DNA of 64,000 nt from Asterias rubens (lineage: Eukaryota), in assembly GCF_902459465.1 (NCBI RefSeq), contig NC_047076.1, positions 7,750,001 to 7,814,000 on the forward strand, in the 5' to 3' direction. A program made the translations under genes and the position numbers. This document shows, piece by piece, positions 11,966-24,434 of the stretch (the stretch's first letter is position 1; every line of letters starts with the position of its first letter). A model generated the notes under the pieces. It saw only the letters and a program-made list of their open reading frames with translations. It searched no databases and had not been told where the DNA came from.

Positions 11966-12209
11966 AGCCCCGGTTTCATGGCTCTGCTTACTGAAGTACA
12001 AAATCAGCGCTTACGGAAGCAGGGAATTCTGTGCTTATGGCAAGTGCAAGTGAAATTCACGGGTTAGCAGCGAATTTTTACTTCAGCGCGTGCGTACTCA
12101 ATGTTACTAAGGCATTCTACGCTTACAAAGTTAACGCAGAAATTCGAAAGAGGGGAATCGTGATCGTAAGTGCAGAATTCGCCGGTAAGCAGAGCCATGA
12201 AATTGGGCC
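11966..12209. mobile_element. Harbinger-type MITE (CWG target), same family as 15330-15582
   Basis: GCCCCGGTTTCATGGCTCTGCTTAC ... GTAAGCAGAGCCATGAAATTGGGCC|CAG. Confidence 0.65.
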
Positions 12210-12572
12210 CAGGTCTGAAACAAGGATTCAAATTTTATGAGGTATCTTAAAATGAAAGCATTTTCACCTTCTGGTCACCCCTGGAGATATAGATTTCAAG
12301 GAGCATTTGGGAACAGTATCCTTAGCACTAGAGAAGTAGACCAAAGAGCATGACTTCTATATCTCTAAAAAGAAATTGATAGGCTATTTTTTTCTACCAG
12401 GCAGACATAAGAAAAGTTTGAATTCAAATAATAGTCTGAAATGTGTCATTCCTGAAACGTGCCCTCGACAAATGAATTCCCAGGGATTTAATTGATTGTG
12501 ATAATTAAGCAGTCCATATTCCTTAGTCAATTTTCATGAGCATGTTAATCAACAATGACAGAAAAACACCAG

Positions 12573-12770
12573 GGCCCAATAACCGGCAGAAAATTTTTCT
12601 TAAAATAATTCTGCTAAGCGAAAAATGAGCAGGATACCAGTCACAAGTTGAACATTATGACACAGTGGCACATACATGTAACCTTTATATTCTGGCATGC
12701 ATACTTTTGTTGTAGTAAGCTTTTGTTTCTGCTATGTCTGCTAAGAGCAGCAGCTCAATGAAATTGAGCC
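12573..12770. mobile_element. Harbinger-type MITE (CWG target), degenerate
   Basis: AAAACAC-CAG|GGCCCAAT ... ATGAAATTGAGCC|CGG; internal ATACCAGTCACAAG shared with 33650-33891. Confidence 0.55.
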
Positions 12771-13364
12771 CGGTACATAATTTTATGAACTAGTCATTAG
12801 AACAAAGCCTTGCTTTTAAGAAAAGTTTGAATTCAAATAATAGTCTGAAATGTTTCATTCCTGAAACATGCTCTCGACAAATGAACTCCCAAGGATTATG
12901 CTACTGACACTCTCCACACTGAAAATTATGTGAGAGTATGATCACACACATCTTCAGGTTTCACTGTTTGGCGACACTATATGCAAACAGTATCAACGTA
13001 TTTACCATGAAATTGCCCATAGACACCGAATACGTTCCGACGATAAGTTCAGACATAATTCCTTGATCAATATTCAACATAAATGATGGGAGATATCAAG
13101 CTGATTTATCAGTCTTGTTGCATCTAATGCTATCGCAGATTGAACAGGGTTGAACCTGCGGCATATTACTAATGCAAATCTCATACGCACATTATTAAAA
13201 AAAAACTGATTTACAATTCACATGAAAAGCAAATATTCGTGACACAAACAATCAGTGCGCGACATTATCCCACTGTGATGCAAGAACATTCACTTTTTGC
13301 AAATCGCAATTCAAAATACGCTTCGAGGTCATTAAAAAATACTGGAGTAGTAACACAAAAATAA

Positions 13365-14090
13365 TAATAATATATTCTTATAAAGCACATTTTACAATAG
13401 CATATCAGTGCGCTTCACATAAGTGTCGTGGTCATTGGGCCAATAACATCCCTTTTAAATCTTTCTCAGCTCCCTGGGGAGTATACAACCTGGGCAACCG
13501 TAGCACCGTAGGCTTTTTCATACATGTACACAATATGAACCTCTACCATCCCAGGTACACATTTATACCCCTGGGTAAAGAGAAGCAACTACAGTAAAGC
13601 ATCTTGCTCAGGGACACAAGTGTCATGACTGGGATTCGAACCCACACTCCGATAACTTAAAGGCAGTGGACACTATTTGTAATTACTCAAAAAAATTATC
13701 AGCATAAAACCCTGCTTGGTAACGAGTAATGGGGAGAGGTTGATAGTATTAAAAATTGTGAGAAACGGCTCCCTCTAAAGTGACGTAATTTTCGAGAAAG
13801 AGGTAATTTTCCACGAATTTGATTTTGAGACCTCAAGTTTAGAGTTTGAGGTCTCAAAATCAAGCATCCAAAAGCACACAATTTCATGTTGCACGGGTGT
13901 TTTTCTCTTTCATTATTATCTTGCAACTCCGACGACCAATCGAGCTCAAATTTTAACAGGTTTGTTATTTTATGCATATGTTGAGATACACCAAGTGAGA
14001 AGACTTGTCTTTGACAATTACCAATAGTGTCCACTGTCTTTAACCACCAGAACTTATTTTCGAAGCTAGAAACCCCTCGGCCATGACACC
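13365..14090 (-). mobile_element. tRNA-derived SINE with L2-type tail, split by a family A MITE
   Basis: Minus strand: A box ATGGCCGAGGGG (~14085), then the MITE, then B box GGTTCGAATCCC and GTGTCCCTGAGCAAGATGC core; AAT-repeat tail at ~13365. Confidence 0.7.
13661..14039. mobile_element. MITE family A (nested in SINE head)
   Basis: TTAA at 13657-60 and 14040-43, TIRs AGGCAGTGGACAC / GTGTCCACTGTCT. Confidence 0.85.
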
Positions 14091-14213
14091 CTGGTCTACT
14101 CTAAAGCATATAAGATCATATGAATATGATGAGTTCCTACCTGAACTGTTTGCTCATTTTGAATGTTGTCGTTGTTCGATTGTTTATTTATTTATTTTTG
14201 GGGGCATATTTTT

Positions 14214-14406
14214 CTATTGACCCATTTCACCCGACATCGTCATCAGAATAATCTTGGATGCGCCATTGTGGTGGTCAATGCCACTGTGTGTTATTCAGTG
14301 AAGTGCGCACTTTAGGCAACGCAGTGTTTACCAAAAACCTATTGCCCACCAAAATAGTGAGCATGGCACAGTCGCCGCATGTGACGCGCGTGCAAGGGGT
14401 CAATAG
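14214..14406. mobile_element. Short unclassified TIR element
   Basis: CTATTGACCCATTT ... AAGGGGTCAATAG; CpG-rich interior. Confidence 0.4.
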
Positions 14407-14552
14407 AACTCTGATTTTTCTTCACTTCTTGAAACTACATTTGCAGGTGGATATAGTACCAGAAACCTAATGTAACGAATAAAAAGTGCTCAATACAAAA
14501 AAAAGTAATCCTAAGCCACAAAACTTGAAAGAGTTCAAACCCAACACTTTAA

Positions 14553-14913
14553 AGCCGTTTCGGTAAACAGTATTGTCCAAGGCCCACACTTCGTGTATCA
14601 CAACTTATATGTAAAATAACTGTGAAAATTTAGGCTCAATCGGTCATCGGAGTTGGGAGAAAATAACGGAAAAAACCCACCCTTGTTTCTGCATGATTCG
14701 CCGTGTCATGACATGTGTTTAAAATAAATCCGTAATTCTCGCTATCAAGAATTTATATTGTCTAAATGTTTTCTCAAAAAGTAAAGCATTTCATGGAACA
14801 ATATTTCAAGAGAAGTCTTTCACCATTACCTTCTGTAAACCCTATAAATTATTTGTAAATCTGTGAACTTTTGTTTTTCTTTTTTTTTTCTGTACCGAAA
14901 GTGTATAATGGCT
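14553..14913. mobile_element. MITE family B
   Basis: Reverse orientation of 4578-4930; left TTAA present, left TIR partly deleted, right end CTGTACCGAAAGTGTATAATGGCT. Confidence 0.7.
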
Positions 14914-15329
14914 TTTTAAAAAAATGCCTGGAAAACTTTGAAAAATGGTCTCAAAATGTGAAACTAGAAGGATGGAATTCCTTTGAAGAACAGGCTGACC
15001 CCTAAACACCAAGTTCACAAGACATGACCACCAACAAACTACCCTCCTCTGGATTGACCTTGTGCCCTTAAAGTGCAACCAACTGCCCCTCCTTCTTTCC
15101 ATTTCAGAATGCCTCAACCTCTCTCCACAGTAACTCCGGATAAATGACAGCAGATGGATGGATGGAGGGGGAAATGGGGTGGTAGTAGTATTGGGGAAGT
15201 GTCCTGAATTCCATGCCCCAACAAGCACATATTTCTCTAAACATCCCAATGCGTGAACCAGAGCCTTGTTCATCCACTCCCTATTGGGGAAACTATACTC
15301 GGGAAAATCTCCTAAAAGGGTCAAACCTG

Positions 15330-15582
15330 GGCCCAATTTTATGGCTCTGCTTACTGCTAACCGCCAATTTCTTCACTTCCAATCACCATTATCGGCTAGC
15401 GTGCAAGCGCCCAATTTCTGCGCTAGATGTGTAAGCGTAGAATACCTAGTAATGTGGAATACGCATGAGCACAAGCCGAAACTCCCCACCAACCCATGAA
15501 ATAACGCTTAGCATATGCACATTCCCTACTTCCAGAAATGCCAATTCTGTGCTTACGGCAAGCAGAGCCATGAAATTGAGCC
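15330..15582. mobile_element. Harbinger-type MITE (CWG target)
   Basis: CTG|GGCCCAATTTTATGGCTCTGCTTAC ... GCAAGCAGAGCCATGAAATTGAGCC. Confidence 0.7.
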
Positions 15583-15584
15583 AT

Positions 15585-15730
15585 GGGGTCAATTTCACAA
15601 AGAGTTAGGACTAGTCCTAAAGGACTAGTCCTAAGAGATTTCAAAAACCTACAGCTAGTCCTAAGTTAGGACTAGTAACTCGTCCTAACTCGAGATAAGA
15701 CTAGTCCTAACTCTTTGTGAAATCCACCCC
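15585..15730. mobile_element. Palindromic Harbinger-type MITE with GGACTAGTCC sub-repeats
   Basis: GGGGTCAATTTCACAAAGAGTTAGGACTAGTC ... GACTAGTCCTAACTCTTTGTGAAATCCACCCC; related degenerate copy at ~6470-6625. Confidence 0.7.
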
Positions 15731-16285
15731 AGGAGCATGGCTCTCACAATCAGAGACAGTCCTCTTTTACAGTTCTCAGAGCCGCAAAAAGGGACTAGTT
15801 ATGTCTGCTGCCACCAGCTTCTTATAATCTCCCATTCCTTCTAAATCAGAATACAATATATTCCTCCATTGTGCTAGTATAGTCAGAAAAGCCTCCTCAA
15901 GGGTTATACATGGAGCATGGCTCTCACTATTCACTCCAATCGGGATACAATAACTACATTCCCCCAATGAGGGTAGTATATTCAGAAAAACCCCCCAAAA
16001 GGGTTAGACTTGAAGAAAGGAGGAAGAAACTGGTCTGGACACCCATTCAGAACACATGTTTGACCTTGTCTTCCAAGTGTAAAGGTTTTAGCTGTAACAA
16101 GCCTCTAGGGCTGATGAGTGAGGTTGTGGAATGTGCCAGAGTGGTCACCCATTTATTTTCCTTTCCAATATAATTTGAGACCTGGACTTCAGCAGGTGGG
16201 TCCAGGAGTTGAGTGGCGTGTGAATGAATGATGCAGCTGTTTACATCCAAGCGCCCTCTGTTGACCAGTATAGTAAGACGTTTGT

Positions 16286-16414
16286 CATTGGATACAATGA
16301 TTTCATTGGATACAATGATTTCATTGGATACAATGATTTCATTGGATACAATGATTTCATTGGATACTACAGTGATTTTATTGGATACAACGATTTCATT
16401 GGATACACTGATCT
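16286..16414. repeat. 18-bp minisatellite (CATTGGATACAATGATTT), ~7 copies
   Basis: Four perfect units then degenerate units, one with a 3-bp insertion. Confidence 0.95.
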
Positions 16415-17224
16415 CATTAAGTAAACATACAGTGATGTAAGCTTTCCGTATGTATTTGATTGGTCCGAGGTGATGTAATTTTTAGCAATTTGTCATCTTG
16501 CAATTTTGATCGTCGTTTGAGTGCATGCAGCATGTGCAAAATGTTTTTACATTAGTAATGTTGTTTTATTCACTGTGTAATAATGTAGGCTACATATGCA
16601 TTGACTTTGAATCTCCATGTGAAATGAATGTGAGGTCAAAGGTACATCTGGCAGCATCCAGTCCGGGCATTGTTAGCGGGCCCCCCGGAGTGTGACAACA
16701 GATGCACATGCTAAATTTTTTGTCAGCTTTCATTTCGGATGAATAAGCAGAAGCTCACAATAGAGGGCTCTCTTCAGGAACTGGACACCACCACAAAGTA
16801 TTTTTATATTAAAATTTCTTTTAGCTCTACGTGACACCTCCCCCTTTGTAGCAAAATTGCAAACAAAAATTGTTTTGCGGCAATAATCCTCTACTTTGTA
16901 AACAATCTGTTTCACCATACAGCAAGGGTTTCACATGAGGAAATTTGATATAAGGACATCTGGTTGTTTTGTTTCTATTTAAATTACCTGCTCGACTATC
17001 TATGGACCATCTTTTCAGCTTCATAACAAAATGACACATCTGGAACATTTGATGTTGTGACATCTTCACTTCCGTTATTGAATTGAATTACGACATATGT
17101 GATGTGATTGTTTTATGTTGAGATTAAACATACCGTGCTCAACCCATAACCCCCAGATTGGAGGAAAAATGCAAAAGTCAACTTCTGCTAGAAGTTTATA
17201 TAAATACTTTTTGGTTGTCATGAC

Positions 17225-17410
17225 CGGGTTCAAGTCCCGGTCATGACACTTGTAAGTTGTATCATTATTAGCAAAACACCTAACCATTGCTTCGTCCTTC
17301 GGATGGGACGTAAAGCTGTTGTATGTATCGTGTGTTGTTATAAAAAAATTCAATGCACAAAAAATATCCCAGTCCATACTTTCGCAAAGAGAAGGGGTTC
17401 GCCCAGGTGC
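17225..17410 (+). mobile_element. Degenerate tRNA SINE, same family as 57773-58181
   Basis: B box GGGTTCAAGTCCC, then CCATTGCTTCGTCCTTCGGATGGGACGTAAAGCTGTTG and AAAGAGAAGGGGTTCGCCC core motifs. Confidence 0.65.
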
Positions 17411-18071
17411 GTCTAGCAGTGTGACAATCTTCAATCATGAAGGCTTTTTTATTACCAGCACACTCTCGTAAAAAGTGGGACCTATTTAACCCTATGGGAA
17501 AACCTCAAGCCCTTGGGGTTTTGTTAAGAAAAACATAAGAAAGTATCAATTTCAAATTCACACTTTACACTGGTTCAGCAGATTAGTTTGATTCTCGCGC
17601 CTCTTGCAAACACCACAGGAAGTCGCTCTCAGTGAGTGTGATTGGCGGGTGAGTCACACCATCTTCCTCCATGCACACACACACACCATGGGCACACACA
17701 TAGCATGGAGTAATTTCTTCCTCCATGCACATTATAGCATTATAGCAACCCTGTAGAAGAAATCTTCATGTTGGCTCAAGTCAAAGGGAAGAATATAGCT
17801 TATAAACACATGTAACGTTCTGTATATTTTGTCCAAGTTCGCAGCGATTCTACTTTAACGTTCCCTATTTTTTTCCTATGCTCGCAGCGATTCTATTCTA
17901 TTCTGAGGAAACTCGTTTTCGTCCCCATACACTAGTGCACGATGTCATGGTACCACGTTTCGATATACACATGTTGCCTGTGCTTGGGAAAGAGGATGAT
18001 CTGGCCACAGGAAACGTTTTCGGATCGTTCTGATAATTACTAACACAGGGTTATAAGTGGCCGACTTTGTC

Positions 18072-19650
18072 GCAATATAGAATCCGCATCCCCTTGAAAA
18101 AAAGTCGCATCCCCTTCTTGAGAAAACCCTTACACGTTTGGGACAGGGTATAAAACTGCAACATAGAATCCGCATCCCCTTGTAAAAAAAGTCGCATCCC
18201 CTTCTTGAGAAAACCCTTACACGTTTGGGACTGGGTATAATACTGCAACACAGAATCCGCACCCCCTTGAAAAAAAAGTCGCATCCCCTTCTTGAGAAAA
18301 CCCTTACACGTTTGGGACTGGGTATAATACTGCAACATAGAATCCGCATCCCCTTGAAAAAAAAAGTCGCATTCCCTTCTTGAGAAAACCCTTACACGTT
18401 TGGGACTGGGTATAATACTGTAATACAGAATCCGCATCCCCTTGAAAAAAAAGTCGCATCCCCTTCTTGAGAAAACCCTTACACGTTTGGGACTGGGTAT
18501 AATACTGCAACACAGAATCCGCACCCCCTTGAAAAAAAAGTCGCATCCCCTTCTTGAGAAAACCCTTACACGTTTGGGACTGGGTATAATACTGCAATAT
18601 AAAATCTGCATCCCCTTGAAAAAAAAAGTTGCATCCCCTTCTTGAGAAAACCCTTACACATTTGGGACTGGGTATAAAACTGCAACATATAATCCGCATC
18701 CCCTTGTAAAAAAAGTCGCATCCCCTTCTTGAGAAAACCCTTACACGTTTGGGACTGGGTATAATACTGCAACATAGAATCCGCATCCCCTTGAAAAAAA
18801 GTCGCATCCCCTTCTTGAGAAAACCCTTACACGTTTGGGACAGGGTATAAAACTGCAACATAGAATCCGCATCCCCTTATAAAAAAAAGTCGCATCCCCT
18901 TCTTGAGAAAACCCTTACACGTTTGGGACTGGGTATAATACTGCAACATAGAATCCGCATCCCCTTGAAAAAAAGTGGCATCCCCTTCTTGAGAAAACCC
19001 TTACACGTTTGGGACTGGGTATTAAACTGCAACATAGAATCCGCATCCCCTTGTAAAAAAAGTCGCATCCCCTTCTTGAGAAAACCCTTACACGTTTGGG
19101 ACTGGGTATAATACTGCAACACAGAATCCGCACCCCCTTGAAAAAAAAGTCGCATCCCCTTCTTGAGAAAACCCTTACACGTTTGGGACTGGGTATAATA
19201 CTGCAATATAAAATCCGCATCCCCTTGAAAAAAAAAGTCGCATCCCCTTCTTGAGAAAACCCTTACACGTTTGGGACTGGGTATAATACTGTAATACAGA
19301 ATCCGCATCCCCTTGAAAAAAAGTCGCATCCCCTTCTTGAGAAAACCCTTACACGTTTGGACTGGGTATAATACTGCAACATAGAATCCGCATCCCCTTG
19401 AAAAAAAGTGGCATCCCCTTCTTGAGAAAACCTTTAGGCCTACACGTTTGGGACTGGGTATACTGCAATTTAGAATCCGCATCCCCTTAAAAAAAAAGTT
19501 GCATCCCCTTCTTGAGAAAACCCTTACACGTTTGGGACGGGGTATAATACTGCAATGTAAAATCTGCATCCCTTGAAAAAAAAGTCGCATCCCCCGAGAA
19601 AACCCATTTATGCGTTACGCATCCCCTTGAGAAAAAAGTCGCATCCCCTT
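18072..19650. repeat. ~86-88-bp satellite array, ~18 copies
   Basis: Unit AAAAAAAGTCGCATCCCCTTCTTGAGAAAACCCTTACACGTTTGGGACTGGGTATAATACTGCAACATAGAATCCGCATCCCCTTG; length variation mostly in the A run. Confidence 0.97.
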
Positions 19651-20347
19651 ACCAATACCATGTGAGAATACAGCATGCATAATAATCCGCATTCCTTCCT
19701 AAAAAAAGTGAAGAGGATTTAAACTAGTTGTTTAAACTTTGGGAGGCCTGATTCTTTATAATTTTAACGGACGGAGTCCAACAGTTTTGGTCCAAAAGTA
19801 TATAGGTGACCCTATGTTCAACACTTCCTTCTAAAGGAAATTCTATCCATATACCATAGAATTATTATTATTTTTTGGCCATATCTATACTACACGTTTA
19901 AACATTGCTATGTGACATATACTCTGGAACCATCAGAATTCTTAGGTATTTATGAATGCCATTTACATATTATGGGGTGGATCAGTGTTTTTTATGTCGG
20001 ATTTTCTGATTCACTGGCATAACAGGCACTGTAGCACATTTTCATCTTCCCCCTTCCTTTTCTCTATTGTTATTATTACTTGAATTCGTCGATGTCGAAA
20101 AACAAAAAAAACAATGGCATTAAAATATTACAAAAAAGTGAAGAAAAAACTATTGCAGCTATTATTATTCTTTACCACCCTATAGATCATATGGCAAATG
20201 GATATCTTTAAAAAACATAACAAAAGTATCTAAATTCTGCCAATTCAAACCTCATGGAATACTATTATTTTGTATTTCATTATATTTGAAAATGCGACAT
20301 AGGTTTACAGTAATTTGACTAATAACGGGAACAGCTGCTTTGCTTAA

Positions 20348-20744
20348 AGCAATCGCATAACATCGGTAAACAGTATTGTCTAAAGGCCCACACTTCGTGT
20401 ATCACAACTTATTATATAAATTAACAAACCTGTGAAAATTTAGGCTCAATCGGTCATCGGATTCGGGAGAAAATAACGGGAAAACCCACCCTTGTTTCCG
20501 CGCGTTTCGCCGTGTCATTATTCTCCATATCTATATAGAATTGATAATTAATAAGTTCTGTTCAGAAAGTGTCCAATGGCTTTTAATGGTGATAATTTGT
20601 TTAATGTTTTCTCAAAAAATAAAGCATTTCATGGAATAATATTTCAAGGGAAGTCTTTCACCATTACCTTCTGTAAACCCTGCAAGTTATTTGTAAATCT
20701 GTGAACTTTTAATTTTTGTTCTGTTCAGAAAGTGTCCAATGGCT
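20348..20744. mobile_element. MITE family B with duplicated right end
   Basis: TTAA|AGCAATCG..CGGTAAACAGTATTG; TTCTGTTCAGAAAGTGTCCAATGGCT occurs twice (~20555 and ~20719), the last followed by TTAA. Confidence 0.7.
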
Positions 20745-21857
20745 TTAAACGGTGAGAATGTGAGAACAAAGGAATAGTAATTTACAAACAAAGGAGTTTT
20801 ACAAATTGCATTAATACTGTTCCATGTATGAGTGCTAGTAAACATGAAAACACTTTATTTGCTCATTTAAATATATTTTTTCCACAAGGAGCATCATTAG
20901 TTCATTTCTCAAATTTATAGTGCCTTTTGCATAATTAACTAGAATCTCTCTTTTAACGATTTTGTATTTTTAATGCCCATTAGTGCTTTTATAGTTTTAA
21001 CTGCTTGTATAGTTCTATATTTTTATACTGTATGCCATGTTTTAATAATGTCCATCTGTAATGTCCCTTTTTGTCTCTTCGTAAATTGTGGCATCAGGAG
21101 ATTAACTCGATAGTAATTTAGTTTACTTTTTTAAAATCCTTCAGGGGTGCTGCTTTTTTTGTGATTGTATTGTATGTTCTTGTTTTTGTTTTCTTCTGTT
21201 CTTATTGTCTGTGCTTGAATTTTTGCCTGTGAAATTAATAAATGAAATGAAATGAAATAAAGAATATACAGAGTTAATTAGTGCATTGTCTCAAAATACA
21301 ACCATGTAGTGATATCTGGCTTATTCCATAAGTTTTGTTTTATCAACTCACAAAAAGACTCTTTTCATTCAAATTTGTTTTCACAAAGAGCAAAATAAAT
21401 GATCCGAAAAGTCTATTAAAAAAAAGCTTTTCCACAACGTATAGACAACATTATACCTGCCCGCTCGTCCAACCGACTCGTCATTCTTCCGTCCGTCAAC
21501 TTCCAATATAAAACAATGCGCAGCGAGAATATAATTCTGAACCCGCATCGCACTTCGTGGAAAGTTTTAAAGTCTGCTATTTAAAGACTAATACATTGGT
21601 AGATTTATTTATGTCTTACAACGTCATTGCGACATTTCATGTTTTAGGAAATTCATGTTGGTTCTCCATTCAGTTACATTATTAGGTCAAAACACGGGGG
21701 TTTTTGTTTCGCTTTATTTGACACTATGGCCTATGTAAACTTTGTTTGCTTCTGTTTCACGATAAAATATGATTGTGGTTGATATATGGCACATTCATTT
21801 CTGCATTCTGTTACAGTCATGCACATGAAAACAAAATAACAACCCACTAGAGACTAA

Positions 21858-24089
21858 AGCTGTGTTCCCATTGGACTTATTTTTGCTAAAGTACCGCGAC
21901 TTTTCTGTAGAATGACAAAATTAAATCCAATGGGAACGCATGTTAAACTGACCTCCCTGTCAACTTACCGCGACCGTGATGTAAAACTAACAGGCCGAAT
22001 GAGGTCGCGGAAGACTTCCGCACAGCCACGGTAAGTTATCAGGGCCAATAAAAAGTCCAATGGGAACGCTCCGCACTGTAAACCTACCGCGACCACGGTG
22101 TAAAACGCTTTGCAAATAAAACCACTTCCTGTAGCTGTATACACACAGAGGGCGCGCGAAAATGGAAGTATGGTTCCCTGTCTCGTTTGCACTGACCATC
22201 ATACCATATGCAGCGTGTGTACATGTACCATGTAATACAAAACAACGCTATTTTCCAATTCTTTTTCTCAAAGCTTTTGTTGACGGCGGAGCATTTGGGG
22301 TAGACAAAGAACTTGAACTAGCCATTTCCAGGTTTTGTTGTTGTAGGAGGAATGCCTATAAAAATTATGTAGCGTCGTCGCGTTCGTCAATAAAATAGCG
22401 CGCGAAAACTACGTCACAGACACGTCGTATCCTGCTTAGGTCAAAGGTGACTGTGCACAGCGCCCCCGATGTGTGACGATCTGCCAGTTTTGGAGAGCGA
22501 GTTAGCTGTTCCGTCGTGGAATTTAAGTCCAGGTGGGAACGCACGGTAGAACTACAGTCGACTCCCGTTATAACGAGGTCCGCCGGACTGGCCCATTTTC
22601 CTCGTATTATCCGAATCTCGTTATAAACGCAGCGCGCTAAATATAGATACACACGTCATCATTGTGCATGCACACAACACGTGTACGTGCATATACATTG
22701 TACACAACACGTGTATGTGCATATACACTTGTGTTAGCCTGCACGGAGCTGTTTGCTTATCAGAACAGCTATTACGAGCATCTTGTACACAAGAATATCA
22801 TTGCTAAATGTCTTTTATTGAGTGATTAATCAGGAAAATGTAATATTTTGTACAATTTATGATAACAATATAGCAAAGAGATGTCAACTTGCCGTTCAGA
22901 GTGGATTCTGCCGCGTAGCGCATGGTATGAACATGATGCATGCACTGAACGTTCATTTTCGTTGGTGATCGACATGGAGTATCATGATAACAGCATGTCA
23001 AGCGTGGGACACCAGCGAGATGTTTCTGGAGTTCCGTTGCACATGGACTGAAGGGAGTGATGATTGTATAAAGGAGCTTATTTCAGTTGTTTGCCGTTTC
23101 CTTTTTAAGCTGTTCCGATCCAGTTGTTTTGTTTCATTATTCAATTTCTCCTTTTAATTCTTATAACAGTATTTAATTCATTAAATCTTTGTGTATCTGT
23201 GTCTTTTAAAATAATTTTCTTTTTGATTTATATTATTGATTTAATAAAATCTTTGCGTATCTGTGTCTTTTAAACCATCTCTATCTTTTGATGTGATTGA
23301 ATTAAATATTCCGGACGGGCAACCTTTGTTTTTTCTTTCTTTTCTTAAAAAAAAAACATTTTTGGAAACAGGGGAATCTTCATTCATTGAATTGTTATTA
23401 TTGAATTAGTAATAATATTTTTAATTGAAAAAGGGGCTCTACTAAAAAAAAAAAACTTGAACAGCGGTGACGTTTTTGAAGTTTTGCATGGATGATACGA
23501 GCAAGGAATAATCATTAGAACCCCCAAATACTGCCGAGTGCGTTCGCCGACATGAATTTATTAAGTAAGCGGTAAGTTTTTGAAATTGAGAAGGATTGTC
23601 GTCAGTGACTAAACCGTTGGTGGTTTTGAGCCACGCGCGTGATTTAAGCCCTCTATTGTCTGCTTGGGTAAACCAGTCCGTTGAATAGACTGGTGGCACT
23701 CTACGAGCACCATGCAATTATCACCTCTATTGTATTGATCATGGGGTTTAAGGGCTTCATGTCATTTCTCAACCTTGACGAAGGTAAGCTTTTTTTACAC
23801 ACTTATTCCAGGCCCTCGCTACAAACGTCTGAAAACAATACATTTTGTCTCCAAGGGACCGCAAAATTACCTCGTTATAACCGTGTTCTCGCTACTTCCG
23901 TGCTCGTATAATCCATATTTTAATGCATTGAAACACGCACGGGGCAGTTCGGGACCGGCAAAAAACCTCGTAATGACCGGAACCTCGTTACATGCGAGCT
24001 CGTAATAACGGGAGTCGACTGTACACCTAATCCAGTCACGGTAACTTTCCGCGTGGCCGCGGAAGAAAAAGTCCAATGGGAACACGGCT
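21858..24089. mobile_element. PIF/Harbinger-type non-autonomous element carrying a nested insertion
   Basis: TAA|AGCTGTGTTCCCATTGGACTT ... AAGTCCAATGGGAACACGGCT|TAA; 21-bp TIR with 1 mismatch, 3-bp TAA TSD, subterminal ACCGCGAC repeats. Confidence 0.8.
22555..24021. mobile_element. Tc1/mariner (pogo/Tigger-like) non-autonomous element
   Basis: TA|CAGTCGACTCCCGTTATAACGAGG ... CTCGTAATAACGGGAGTCGACTG|TA; TA TSD; no transposase ORF. Confidence 0.85.
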
Positions 24090-24434
24090 TAACATAATGG
24101 AAACATTATAGACTTACATAAACAAAAGTTTAAGTTAGGTGTGAACAATGCAGTCAAGGACATGTCAATCACCTAAGAGAATCCACTGTGTTGGGGGCTT
24201 CCTGCTGTGATGATACTGGGGATTAAGCGGTTTATCTTGAATGTGTTAATTGTCTTAAAGCTATTAAAGTTCTACATAAGAAATAAGTGAAGAATGTAAT
24301 AGGTCCCACTTTTTACGAGAGTGTGCTGGTAATGTTTGTAGTGAGGCCTAAATTTTTAATATTGTTCATGGTTTGTTTTCAGAGATTTGATTGGCTTCAG
24401 TTTTACTTCTACCTCAATGGTTTCACAGACTTAA

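Noticed and set aside
14842-16250. 164-aa and 63-87 aa ORFs
   Set aside because: They cross MITE boundaries and show no consistent motif.
16224-16440. ORFs with FIGYND / DTMISL repeats
   Set aside because: Products of an 18-bp minisatellite.
17945-19590. Stacked 100-237 aa ORFs; CRISPR-like regularity
   Set aside because: They are translations of an 86-bp satellite. Units are contiguous with no unique spacers and there are no cas genes.
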